From assembly GCA_040755005.1 (NCBI GenBank), contig JBFMBV010000005.1:26767-90766 (forward strand): a stretch of 64,000 nt of DNA, read 5' to 3'. The stretch's first letter is position 1. Each line of letters opens with the position of its first letter. Of the stretch, positions 12,679 through 21,770 are shown piece by piece. The position numbers were made by a program, and so were the translations under genes. Below the pieces are notes generated by a model. That model was not told the origin of the DNA, did no database searches, and saw only the letters and a program-made list of their open reading frames with translations. The stretch is from Bacillota bacterium. Its GTDB lineage: Bacteria > Bacillota > Sulfobacillia > JBFMBV01.

Positions 12679-14073
12679 ATGAAGCGGCTCGCCGAACTGA
12701 CCTCACGGGCTAAGGAGATGGGGGCTGCCTTCGCCGAGGCCCGGTACGAGGACCTCACCGAGACGTTCATCGATTGGCGGGGCGCCGGTCCTGTCTGGGC
12801 GGCCTGCGGGCGCGAGACCGGAGTGGGGGTACGGGTGCTGCTGAATGGTAGGTGGGGCTTCGCTTCCACCACTGACCTCACCCCTCAGGGCCTCCAGGAA
12901 GCTCTGGCCGACGCGCTGGAGCTCGCCTATGCCGGCGGATCCGGGCAGCCGGGCGAAGCGGCGCTGAGGCCGCGGGCTACGTTCACGGCGGAACACGTAG
13001 TACCCCGGGCCATGGATCCGCGGTCTGTCCCCTTGGCGGACAAGCTCGGTGCGTTCCAGCGGCTCGCCCGCGAGAGCTTGGCCGGGCAAGCCGTGTCTGG
13101 CTTTGAGCTGGCCTACGCCGACCAGGCGGGTGAGCGGGTCTATGTGGATAGCGAGGGCTGTACGGTGTGGTGGGAACCAGTGCGGTGCATCGGACGCGTG
13201 TCCGTCACGGCCGCTGACCGCGGGGACAGCGCCAGCTCCGTCGAGGGCTTTGGCGGCACCGTCGGCTGGGAGGCGGTGGAGACGGGTGAGGCGTCGGCAG
13301 CCGCCAGGATGGCCGCCGCCAACGCACGGGAGTGGCTGGGCGCCGGCGAGGCCCCGGCCGGAAGTTTCCCGGTGCTCCTGGACAATCAGGCGGCCGAGAA
13401 CTTCATCCATGAGGCTATCGGCCATGCCGCGGAAGGGGATGCAGTTGCCAGGGGGTTGTCGGTGCTGGCCGGGAAGCTCGGCCAACAGGTCGGGCCGCCC
13501 GGCGTCACGGTGGTCGACGACCCCAGCCGGACGGGTTCGGTGGGGGCTTTCCCCTTCGACGACGAGGGGACGCCTGCCCGCGCTGTCACCATCCTCGACC
13601 GGGGCACGGTCGCGGAGTACCTACACAGTAGGGAGACGGCGCGGCTATTGGGTGCAGAGGCCAACGGCCATGCTAGGGCGGTGAGCTACAGGTATCCGCC
13701 CATTGTCCGGATGGGCACCATCTACCTCGCGCCCGGCCCCACGCCCCCAGCTAGGTTGGTGGAGAGCATGGAGGAAGGCATCTACCTGCTAGGGAAACGG
13801 GGCGGGCAGGTGAACCCGGCCCGGGGGAGTTTCCAGTTCAACGCCGACCGGGCGCTGTGGATCAGCCGGGGGAAGGTGGCTGGCCGCCTGCGGGGGGTGT
13901 CGCTGTCCGGGCAGATCCTCGACATCCTGACGGCGGTGGCAGAAGTGGGCGACGACCTGGCGTTCCACACCGGCGGTTGCGGTAAGGGCGCCCCGGCCCA
14001 GACCATCCCGGCAGGCTCCGGTTCTCCCCATGTATTGCTCAGCCGGGCCATGATCGGAGGAAGGCGCCGGTGA
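12679..14073 (+). CDS. TldD-family metalloprotease (pair 2)
   Basis: HEAIGHAAEGD (HExxxH) in a TldD/PmbA-fold sequence. ATG at 12679; the ORF listed from 11863 is an antisense read-in. Confidence 0.8.
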   Translation: MKRLAELTSRAKEMGAAFAEARYEDLTETFIDWRGAGPVWAACGRETGVGVRVLLNGRWGFASTTDLTPQGLQEALADALELAYAGGSGQPGEAALRPRATFTAEHVVPRAMDPRSVPLADKLGAFQRLARESLAGQAVSGFELAYADQAGERVYVDSEGCTVWWEPVRCIGRVSVTAADRGDSASSVEGFGGTVGWEAVETGEASAAARMAAANAREWLGAGEAPAGSFPVLLDNQAAENFIHEAIGHAAEGDAVARGLSVLAGKLGQQVGPPGVTVVDDPSRTGSVGAFPFDDEGTPARAVTILDRGTVAEYLHSRETARLLGAEANGHARAVSYRYPPIVRMGTIYLAPGPTPPARLVESMEEGIYLLGKRGGQVNPARGSFQFNADRALWISRGKVAGRLRGVSLSGQILDILTAVAEVGDDLAFHTGGCGKGAPAQTIPAGSGSPHVLLSRAMIGGRRR

Positions 14074-15401
14074 TGGATCTCAAGGTTGCCACAGCTGCCG
14101 CTCTGGAGGCGGCCTGCGCAGCGGGGGCCCTGTCGGCCGAGGCCTTCGCCTGTGAGGAGCGTAAGGTCACCTTCCTGGCAGGCCCCAAGGGGCTGGAGGG
14201 AAGCACAGCGGTGGGCGCGTGCGGGGTAGGGATCAGGGCTGCGGGCCCAGGTCAGGGCGGCATGGCCTATAGCTCGGGCCTGGACCGGGAGCGTTGCGCG
14301 GCGGCAGGGAGGGGGGCTTGGGCCGCCCGCAGGCGGCTAGAACCCCCGTGGCGTTTCCCCGGTCCTGAGGCAGCCCAGCCCGTGCCCGGCCTGGCCGACC
14401 CGATGGTGAGCCAGTTCCATCCGGCGCAGGCCCAGGCCCTGCTCGCAGAGGCGGCCCAGGGGGTCACCGCCGCGGGGGCTCAGCTCACTTGGGTAGAACT
14501 TAGCGTGCTGGGCCGCCGCTTTCAGGTGCACAACACCCTCGGCGTGGACCAGGGGGTCTTGGCCACCTGGGTGGAAGTGGGCGCGGGGGCTGTGGCCCGG
14601 GAGGGGGAGCAAGCTTACACCGCCAACGTCCGACGAGTCTGGCGGTCCTTGGCTGAGGCCTGCCCCCTGGAGGTGGGGCAGGGCGCGGCTGCTCTGGCCC
14701 TAAGCGCGCTGGGGCCCAAGCCGGTCCCCACCGGCCGCTACCCGGTCGTGTTCAGGCCACGGGCCCTGGCTGACCTGTTCCTGCCGGGGTTGGTCCCGGC
14801 CCTGCTCGACGGGGAAGTGGACGCCCAGCCCTACCGGGAGGGTGAGGGGCTGGGCCCGGCTTGGTTCAACCTGTTCGACGACCCCCTCAGGGCGGGGGGC
14901 CCGGCCTCCCGCGCCTGGGATGAGACGGGGGAGCCGGCGAGGCGGGCGGAGCTGATCTCGCGGGGTACCTTCCAGGGGCCCCTTCGCCTGGGGGGTCATG
15001 CGTTCCGGCGCAGGCAGGGCAGGCTGACGACCTTCATCGAGGCTGGCGGGGCCTATGCCTTGGGGCCGGTGCCGGGCGCCACCAACCTGGTGGTACGGGC
15101 GCAAGGCGCCCCGCCCCTCGGGAACGTGGATCGCGCCCTGGTGGTGGACGGCCTGCTGGGGGCGTTCGTCACCGACCCGGCCACGGGCGGGTTCTCCGTG
15201 ACCGCCGCCCATGCCTGGATGATGGAACAAGGCCGGCTGGCCCACCCGGTGAACCGGGTGATGCTCTCCGGCCGTGTCCGCGACGTGCTGTCGGGCTTGA
15301 TCGCCGCTGGGGACGATCTTGACAGCGTGGGTTACGCCCCCGGGCCCTACCTGATCACGCCCAGCCTGTGCTGCGCCGATGTGCAGGTGACGGGCGGCTA
15401 G
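14073..15401 (+). CDS. PmbA/TldE-family protein (pair 2)
   Basis: The ATG overlaps the upstream stop (TGATG) with GGAGGAAGG 8-9 nt upstream. It is a TldD/PmbA-family sequence lacking HExxxH. Confidence 0.7.
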   Translation: MDLKVATAAALEAACAAGALSAEAFACEERKVTFLAGPKGLEGSTAVGACGVGIRAAGPGQGGMAYSSGLDRERCAAAGRGAWAARRRLEPPWRFPGPEAAQPVPGLADPMVSQFHPAQAQALLAEAAQGVTAAGAQLTWVELSVLGRRFQVHNTLGVDQGVLATWVEVGAGAVAREGEQAYTANVRRVWRSLAEACPLEVGQGAAALALSALGPKPVPTGRYPVVFRPRALADLFLPGLVPALLDGEVDAQPYREGEGLGPAWFNLFDDPLRAGGPASRAWDETGEPARRAELISRGTFQGPLRLGGHAFRRRQGRLTTFIEAGGAYALGPVPGATNLVVRAQGAPPLGNVDRALVVDGLLGAFVTDPATGGFSVTAAHAWMMEQGRLAHPVNRVMLSGRVRDVLSGLIAAGDDLDSVGYAPGPYLITPSLCCADVQVTGG

Positions 15402-16291
15402 GCCAAGGGGAGGCGTTGCCCGGTGAGAAGCCGGTAAGCTTCCAGGTAGCGCTCCCGCGTCTTCTCCACCACGTCTACCGGGATGACTGGCGCGGGGGGC
15501 TGCTTGTCCCAGCCCGTGGCCTCCACCCAGTCCCGCAGGAACTGCTTGTCGTAGGAGTCCTGGGAGCGGCCCGGGCTGTAGGCAGCGGCGGGCCAGAAGC
15601 GGGAACTGTCCGGGGTAAAGACCTCATCAATCAGCACGAGCCCGTCGGCGCCCACGGCGAACTCAAATTTGGCGTCGGCCAGGATGAGCCCGGCCTCCAG
15701 GGCCCGCCGCGCCCCGGCGGCATAGAGCCTGAGGCTCACTGCGGACAGGGCCTCAGCCAGCTCCCGGCCTAACATGCCAGCGACATCCGCCAGGGTGATG
15801 TTGACGTCGTGCCCGTCGTCCACCTTGCGGGCCGGGGTAAAGATGGGTTCGGGCAGGCGGCTGCTCTCGACGAGGCCCCCTGGGAGCTTCACGCCGCAGA
15901 CGGCGCCGGTCTGCTTGTACTCGGCCCACCCGGATCCCGCCAGATAGCCCCTGACCACGCATTCCACCGGCAGTACCTGCAGCCGCTCGGCCAGCATCGC
16001 CCGGCCCGCCAGCGGCCGGGCCGCTTCACCGGCAGCCGCGGCGAGGTCTGCCTCCTCCACGGACCGCAGATGGTTGCGGACGACAGGCTCGGTCTGCCGG
16101 AACCAGTAAGCGGCCAGCAGGTTCAGCACCCGTCCCTTGTCGGGTACCCCGTTGGGGAACACCACATCGAAGGCGGAGACCCGGTCAGTGGCTACGATGA
16201 GCAGGGCGTCGCCCAGGTCGTACACGTCCCTTACCTTGCCCCGCTTGAATAGGGGGAGATTGAGGTCGGTATGCATCAGTGTGATTGTCAT
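15398..16291 (-). CDS. purC: phosphoribosylaminoimidazole-succinocarboxamide (SAICAR) synthase
   Basis: LFKRGKVRDVYDLGDALLIVATDRVSAFD... ATG at 16291 lies 10 nt after AGGAGG. Confidence 0.9.
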   Translation of the reverse strand: MTITLMHTDLNLPLFKRGKVRDVYDLGDALLIVATDRVSAFDVVFPNGVPDKGRVLNLLAAYWFRQTEPVVRNHLRSVEEADLAAAAGEAARPLAGRAMLAERLQVLPVECVVRGYLAGSGWAEYKQTGAVCGVKLPGGLVESSRLPEPIFTPARKVDDGHDVNITLADVAGMLGRELAEALSAVSLRLYAAGARRALEAGLILADAKFEFAVGADGLVLIDEVFTPDSSRFWPAAAYSPGRSQDSYDKQFLRDWVEATGWDKQPPAPVIPVDVVEKTRERYLEAYRLLTGQRLPLA

Positions 16292-16362
16292 CGTGAACAT
16301 GCCTCCTTTCAGGCTGGGGATTCGCCCCTTAAGGCCCGGAACCCTGTACGCCTGCTGCGTTG

Positions 16363-16391
16363 TTGCTCCCCATGACAGGGTACGGTATACT
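16363..16391 (+). promoter_or_regulatory. sigma-A-like promoter candidate for gatCAB (TTGCTC-17-TATACT)
   Basis: Hexamers at 16363-16368 and 16386-16391 with a 17-nt spacer. The -10 lies inside a perfect palindrome. Confidence 0.45.
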
Positions 16392-16423
16392 CTACAGTAT
16401 ACCGCCAAGAGGTGGTGCCGCCC

Positions 16424-16717
16424 ATGCGTGGACTGACAGCGGATGACGTCAAGCGTATCGCCCAGCTGGCCAAGTTGGACCTATCCGCGGCCGAGTTGCA
16501 GCAGCTCCTGCCCCAGCTGAACGACATCCTGGCCCATGTTGCATCCCTCGCGCAGCTCGACGTGGCCGGCGTCGAGCCCTCCTCCCACGGCATCGACCTG
16601 CTGATGCCGCTGCGCCCGGACACCGTGCAGCCCGGGCTCATCCAGGAGGCAGTGCTAGCCCTCGCTCCCGAGGCCCAAGGCAAGTTCGTGGTCGTGCCCA
16701 AGGTGGTGGCAGGATGA
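16424..16717 (+). CDS. gatC: Asp/Glu-tRNA(Asn/Gln) amidotransferase subunit C
   Basis: LTADDVKRIAQLAKLDLS...; it is followed by gatA with a 4-nt overlap. Confidence 0.85.
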   Translation: MRGLTADDVKRIAQLAKLDLSAAELQQLLPQLNDILAHVASLAQLDVAGVEPSSHGIDLLMPLRPDTVQPGLIQEAVLALAPEAQGKFVVVPKVVAG

Positions 16718-18189
16718 CGGCCCGCGCCCTGCACCAGCTGACCGCAGGCCAGGCCGCGGCCATGCTCAAGGGGTGGGAGCTGTCCGCCGAGGAACTCACC
16801 TCAGCGCTGCTCGCGCGGATAGCGGCGGTCGAGCCCGTCGTCGGCGCCTACCTCAGGACCACGGCCGAGCTGGCCCTGAGCCAGGCCCGCAAGGTGGATG
16901 AGTCGCGTAGGGCCGGGGCCGACCTGCCGGTGCTGGCCGGGATACCCTGCGCGCTGAAGGACAACCTGTCCACCAGCGGCGTGCCGACCACCTGTTGCTC
17001 CCGCATCCTGGCAGGGTATGTGCCGCCGTACGACGCCACGGCCTGGTCCCGGCTCAAGTCTGCCGGAGCCGTCTTGTGCGGCAAGACCAACATGGATGAG
17101 TTCGCCATGGGTTCGTCCTGTGAGAACTCGGCCTTCAAGCGCACGCGGAACCCCTGGGACACCAGGCTGGTACCTGGCGGCTCCAGCGGCGGCTCCGCGG
17201 CGGCGGTGGCCGCGGGCGAAGCTCTCTACGCCCTCGGGTCCGACACAGGCGGTTCAGTCCGCCAACCCGCAGCTTTCTGCGGCGTCGTCGGACTCAAGCC
17301 GACCTACGGCCTGGTCTCCCGCTACGGACTGGTGGCCTTCGGATCTTCGCTGGACCAGATCGGCCCCCTGACCAGGGATGTCACCGACTGTGCCCACGTC
17401 ATGGACGCCATCGCGGGGCATGACAGCCTGGATGCGACTTCCCTGCCCGGACAGGCAGGCGGCTATGCCTCCGGCCTGGCAGGCGGCGTGAAAGGCTTGC
17501 GTATCGGCGTCCCTCGGGAGTACTTCGCCGAGGGGGTGCAGCCTGGCGTCGAGGCGGCGGTGAAGCGCGCCATCGGTGTCCTGGTGGAGCAAGGGGCCGT
17601 GGCCGAGGAGTGCTCCTTGCCCCACACAGGCTACGCCCTGGATGTGTACTACGTCATTGCCCCGGCGGAGGCCTCGGCCAATCTGGCCAGGTTCGACGGG
17701 GTACGTTACGGCCTGCGGCTGGCGGCGGGGGACCATGAAGGCATGTACCGCGCCACCCGCCAGACCGGCTTCGGCCCCGAGGTCAAGCGGCGCATCATGA
17801 TCGGTACCTATGTGCTGAGCGCAGGCTACTACGACGCGTACTACCTCAGGGCCCAGAAGGTGCGGACCTTGGTGGCGAGGGAGTTCGCCGAGGCCTTTGC
17901 CCGCTTCGATGTCCTCGCCTGTCCGACCACACCCACGACTGCCTTCCCCGTGGGTGACAAGGCTGGCGATCCCCTGGCCATGTACCTGTCCGATGTCTGC
18001 ACCGTTCCGGTGAATCTGGCCGGTGTGCCCGCGTTGTCTGTGCCCTGCGGGCTCGCTGGGGGGCTCCCGGTCGGGTTGCAGCTCATCGGGCCAGCCTTGA
18101 GCGAAAGGACGCTGCTTAGGGCCGCCTACACCTACGAACAGGCCAGCGGCGGGCCCCTGTCCCTGCCCGAGGAGGTGAAGGCCCCGTGA
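16714..18189 (+). CDS. gatA: Asp/Glu-tRNA(Asn/Gln) amidotransferase subunit A
   Basis: Amidase signature GGSSGGSAAAVA and full-length GatA similarity. Confidence 0.95.
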   Translation: MTARALHQLTAGQAAAMLKGWELSAEELTSALLARIAAVEPVVGAYLRTTAELALSQARKVDESRRAGADLPVLAGIPCALKDNLSTSGVPTTCCSRILAGYVPPYDATAWSRLKSAGAVLCGKTNMDEFAMGSSCENSAFKRTRNPWDTRLVPGGSSGGSAAAVAAGEALYALGSDTGGSVRQPAAFCGVVGLKPTYGLVSRYGLVAFGSSLDQIGPLTRDVTDCAHVMDAIAGHDSLDATSLPGQAGGYASGLAGGVKGLRIGVPREYFAEGVQPGVEAAVKRAIGVLVEQGAVAEECSLPHTGYALDVYYVIAPAEASANLARFDGVRYGLRLAAGDHEGMYRATRQTGFGPEVKRRIMIGTYVLSAGYYDAYYLRAQKVRTLVAREFAEAFARFDVLACPTTPTTAFPVGDKAGDPLAMYLSDVCTVPVNLAGVPALSVPCGLAGGLPVGLQLIGPALSERTLLRAAYTYEQASGGPLSLPEEVKAP

Positions 18190-19613
18190 GCTACGAATCC
18201 GTCATCGGCCTCGAGGTCCACGCCGAGCTGCTTACCCGCTCGAAGATCTTTTGCGGCTGCGCCAACTCCTTCGGGGGCGAGCCTAACTCGCGGGTGTGCC
18301 CGGTCTGCTTCGGCCTGCCCGGCGCCTTGCCTGTGCTCAACCGGGAGGTCGTAGCCCAGGCCCTGCGGGCCGCCATCGCTCTGAACTGCCGGGTGAACGC
18401 CCGGACCAAGTTCGACCGCAAGAACTACTTTTACCCGGACCTGCCCAAGGGGTATCAGATCTCCCAGTTCGACAGGCCCCTTGCCCAGGACGGCTGGCTG
18501 GAGCTGGGCGAGGGTAGGCGGGTAGGGATCAGCAGGGTTCATCTGGAGGAAGACGCGGGGAAGTCCCTGCATGAACTACCTGGGGAGGAGATCGCCGGCA
18601 CCCTGGTCGATTTCAACCGGTGCGGGGTCCCCCTGATTGAGGTGGTGTTCAGGCCGGACCTGCGCACACCCGAGCAGGCCAGGCTGTGCCTGGAGAAGCT
18701 GAGGTCCATCCTGGAGTACACCGGAGTCAGCGACGCCAAGATGGAAGAAGGGTCCTTGCGGTGCGATGTCAACGTGTCCATTCGCCCGGCCGGTCAGGAC
18801 AAGCTCGGCACCCGGGCAGAGATCAAGAACCTGAACTCCTTCAGGGGCGTGCAACGGGCCCTGGAGTACGAGATCGGGCGCCAGAACGAGCTAGTGAAGG
18901 GTGGCGGCCGGGTAGCCGAGGAAACGCGGCGCTGGGACGAATCCCAAGGGCGCACCGTCAGCATGCGGGCGAAGGAGGCCGCCGACGATTACCGGTACTT
19001 CCCTGACCCGGACTTGCCCCTGCTCGAAGTGGATACGGGCTGGGTGGCGGAGCTTGAGGCGAACCTCCCCGAACTGCCCGACGACCGGGCGGTTAGGTTC
19101 GTGAGGGACTATGGCTTGTCAGAGTACGACGCGGCCGCTTTGACCCAGGCCCGGGCGACGGCTGACTTTTTCGAAGCGGCCTGCGCCGCGTACAGCCAGC
19201 CGAAGACCGTGGCCAACTGGCTGATGGGCGAAGTAGCCAGGCAGCTCAACCTTACCGGGCGCGCTCTGCCCCAGTTGCCGGTGACCCCGGCAGGACTGGC
19301 GGAGTTACTGAGGCTCATCGATCAGGGCGCCATCAGCGGGAAGATGGCCAAGGACGTCCTAGCCGAGATGGGCCGGACGGGCAAGAGCCCGCAGGCCATC
19401 ATCCAGGCCTCGGGGCTGGCGCAGATCTCCGACACGGCGGAGTTGGAGGGGATCGTAGCATCCGTCCTGGACGCGAACCAGGGGGTCGTAGCCGACTACA
19501 GGGCAGGCAAGACCCAGGCCTTGACGTTCCTCGTCGGGCAGGTGATGAAGGCCACCAAGGGGCGGGCCAATCCCGAGCTGGCCAACCAGCTGCTGAGGAA
19601 AGACCTCGGCTAG
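18186..19613 (+). CDS. gatB: Asp/Glu-tRNA(Asn/Gln) amidotransferase subunit B
   Basis: MSYESVIGLEVHAEL... and a C-terminal GatB/YqeY domain. The GTG overlaps the gatA stop. Confidence 0.95.
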   Translation: MSYESVIGLEVHAELLTRSKIFCGCANSFGGEPNSRVCPVCFGLPGALPVLNREVVAQALRAAIALNCRVNARTKFDRKNYFYPDLPKGYQISQFDRPLAQDGWLELGEGRRVGISRVHLEEDAGKSLHELPGEEIAGTLVDFNRCGVPLIEVVFRPDLRTPEQARLCLEKLRSILEYTGVSDAKMEEGSLRCDVNVSIRPAGQDKLGTRAEIKNLNSFRGVQRALEYEIGRQNELVKGGGRVAEETRRWDESQGRTVSMRAKEAADDYRYFPDPDLPLLEVDTGWVAELEANLPELPDDRAVRFVRDYGLSEYDAAALTQARATADFFEAACAAYSQPKTVANWLMGEVARQLNLTGRALPQLPVTPAGLAELLRLIDQGAISGKMAKDVLAEMGRTGKSPQAIIQASGLAQISDTAELEGIVASVLDANQGVVADYRAGKTQALTFLVGQVMKATKGRANPELANQLLRKDLG

Positions 19614-19632
19614 CGGCGGCAGCGCAACAGTA

Positions 19633-19662
19633 GATGCCTGACCATCATCCTGGTCAGGCATC
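19633..19662. terminator. 12-bp perfect hairpin between convergent gatB and the rsgI-like gene
   Basis: GATGCCTGACCA-tcatcc-TGGTCAGGCATC. Confidence 0.8.
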
Positions 19663-19688
19663 CTGCAAGTCCTGTGTAGGTCTTTGGC

Positions 19689-20885
19689 TCAATCGTTCCC
19701 ACGGCCCCTGCCCTTGCCATTGCCAGTGAGGCGTTCCCAGATGGCGGCGAGCCTTGCCGCTACCCTGGACTTAGGGTCTTCGTCGTCGTTGTCCCCCCCG
19801 GACTGCGCTTCGGTGGGACGTCTCTGTCCGGCTGGTTCCGCCTTCGGAGGGTGCCCGTGCGTGTCGCCCGCGCGCGAGTCTAGGGCCGCCGCGATGACAG
19901 CGGCAAGCCCCCGGTCTTCCTTGGGCTTGACCAGCCCCGGCAGGAGGCGAGGATCTGAGGCGAAGGCAGGCGGGCTTGCCCCTGGCGGAGTAACAGGGGC
20001 TTCAGACCCCGGGCCCTTGGGCCCGACAGGTGGTACGACTCTGCTCCTGCCCGCAGGCGGGCTGTCGTCGTCCTCGTCGTCCTCTGTGTCAGGGGCGTCT
20101 TCTTCATCGGAGTCCGCCTCGTCGGGGTCGTCCTCGTCCTGACCCTTGCCGACCAAGTCCCGGACTTGGAGCCCCTTGTTGGCCAGCACGGGACCTACTC
20201 CCCGCTCGAGAATCTCCTTGACCTTGACCTCCACGCCCCGGTTCTGCGCTTCCTTGACCAAGTCCAGCAGGTTCGGGGATACCCCTTCCTTGCGTGACTC
20301 CTTGAGCTCTTCCTGGGTGCCGGTACGCACGTTCACCACGGCCTCGCGGATGGCCGGCCCCAGGCCCTTCACCACGGCAGCCTCAAGCTTGGTTGTATTC
20401 ACCACTGGCGGCGTCTCGGCCCTCAAGGGTGTGACGGTGGCCAACACGGCGTTTTCGGCTGTAGAGGCGATATAGCCCAGGGCAGCTGAGCGTTCAACGA
20501 GTGCCGTCACTGCCTCATAGACGTTGAGGTTCCGCAGGTGGGCGCCCTCAAGCACCGCTGCAGCGTCGTCATTGCGGGCGCGCGTGAACGTGACCTGCGC
20601 ACGCAGGTTGAGTCCCAACTCAAAGCTGGGGTTGATGTCGATGGAGAGCGTGGCCACGGTCGGGTTGAGCATGACCTGCGCGGCTGAGGCGCCGCCCACG
20701 GCGAGCAGCAAGGAGGCCGCCGCGGCCACGGCCGCAGCCCGTCTGGTCCAGTCTGGCGTCAGGTGGCAGATGCCACCCTCTACCATGCCAGGCTTGCGCA
20801 AGATACGCCGAAACGCGCCGCCGTCTGTGAGCACGATGGCGAAGGGGCCGCCCAGCTTGAGTACGACCGCCTTGTCCTTGCGCAT
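19689..20885 (-). CDS. RsgI-like anti-sigma factor domain protein with acidic low-complexity tail
   Basis: N-terminus KAVVLKLGGPFAIVLTDGGAFRRILRKPGMVEGGI resembles the RsgI N-terminal anti-sigma domain. One TM segment follows, then an extracytoplasmic region ending in a DEDDPDEADSDEEDAPDTEDDEDDD tract. An alternative GTG start is at 20894. Confidence 0.6.
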   Translation of the reverse strand: MRKDKAVVLKLGGPFAIVLTDGGAFRRILRKPGMVEGGICHLTPDWTRRAAAVAAAASLLLAVGGASAAQVMLNPTVATLSIDINPSFELGLNLRAQVTFTRARNDDAAAVLEGAHLRNLNVYEAVTALVERSAALGYIASTAENAVLATVTPLRAETPPVVNTTKLEAAVVKGLGPAIREAVVNVRTGTQEELKESRKEGVSPNLLDLVKEAQNRGVEVKVKEILERGVGPVLANKGLQVRDLVGKGQDEDDPDEADSDEEDAPDTEDDEDDDSPPAGRSRVVPPVGPKGPGSEAPVTPPGASPPAFASDPRLLPGLVKPKEDRGLAAVIAAALDSRAGDTHGHPPKAEPAGQRRPTEAQSGGDNDDEDPKSRVAARLAAIWERLTGNGKGRGRGND

Positions 20886-21023
20886 GTTGGTCACCCCTGC
20901 CTATTCTTCCACATGGCCCGGCGGGAGTCCTTCCCTCCTAGGCTCTTCGCGGCCCGGCCTAGTTTTACCGGGGGTTCACTGGGAGGAATATTGAGCCACA
21001 TGCGCTAATCCATAGCAGGGGAG

Positions 21024-21728
21024 GTGTTAGTAAGCTTGCGACGCGCTACGCCATGGCACCTCTGGGAAGTCGCCTGTGTCTTCGTCGTGCTGTATGCCGC
21101 GGGCTGGTTGTACCATGAGTTCTCGGGCGTGATTGAGGTTCTGATCACTACTCCCGCCAGTCTCCCGTTCCAGGCTGCCCTCTCCTCGGGCCTCCATCAG
21201 TTCGTCTTGTTCCTCGCGGTCACGCTGGTGGTGGTCATCGTCCACGGCAACCCCTGGGAGGCACTCGGGTTTCGCCGGGGGGAGAAGCTGTGGCTGGGTG
21301 CGGCGTGCGGCTGTGGTATCTTCGTCGCCGTTAACTTGGCTGACCGGCTGGTGGGCGCCGTGACCGGGATCCGCCAGACAGTCCACCCGCTCGGCATCTC
21401 CCTCTCCCAGGGCACCGGGCTGATGGATTTCCTCTACCCGCTGGTCATCGGGTCGCTCTTGATACCCTTCGGCGAGGAGCTGTATTTCCGGGCCTTCACC
21501 TTGCCCCCCTTGGACCGGCTGGTCCGTAACGACTGGGCGGCGATCACGCTGGGTGCGGTCTTCTTCGCCGCCGTGCGTCTCAACCCGTGGAGCGCAGTGT
21601 CCTGGTTCATAGCCGGCTTCATTCTGGGCTGGCTGTACCGGCGCACCGGTTCCCTCTGGGTCTCCATGACCGCCCATGGCACCTGGATGGCCTTGGTGGC
21701 CTTGGCCATCCGCCTGAGTCTTGTATAG
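21024..21728 (+). CDS. CPBP (CAAX) family intramembrane glutamic endopeptidase
   Basis: FGEELYFRAF (EExxxR) and a C-terminal MTAHGTWMA motif in a polytopic membrane protein. The start is uncertain (GTG 21024 or TTG 21036). Confidence 0.75.
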   Translation: MLVSLRRATPWHLWEVACVFVVLYAAGWLYHEFSGVIEVLITTPASLPFQAALSSGLHQFVLFLAVTLVVVIVHGNPWEALGFRRGEKLWLGAACGCGIFVAVNLADRLVGAVTGIRQTVHPLGISLSQGTGLMDFLYPLVIGSLLIPFGEELYFRAFTLPPLDRLVRNDWAAITLGAVFFAAVRLNPWSAVSWFIAGFILGWLYRRTGSLWVSMTAHGTWMALVALAIRLSLV

Positions 21729-21770
21729 GCTGAGCAGTGTAAGGCAACGGAAAGGGGAAGCGCGCGACGG

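Noticed and set aside
16292-16383. Purine or ZTP riboswitch in the purC leader
   Set aside because: The leader has short hairpins (CCCTGT/ACAGGG, GGGG-cgaat-CCCC), but I could not align the conserved cores of either aptamer class.
20040-20150. Short GTCGTC/CTCGTC repeats as a possible repeat array
   Set aside because: They are the antisense of the Asp/Glu-rich coding tract of the RsgI-like gene. There is no spacer-repeat periodicity, so this is not a CRISPR or a tandem-repeat locus.
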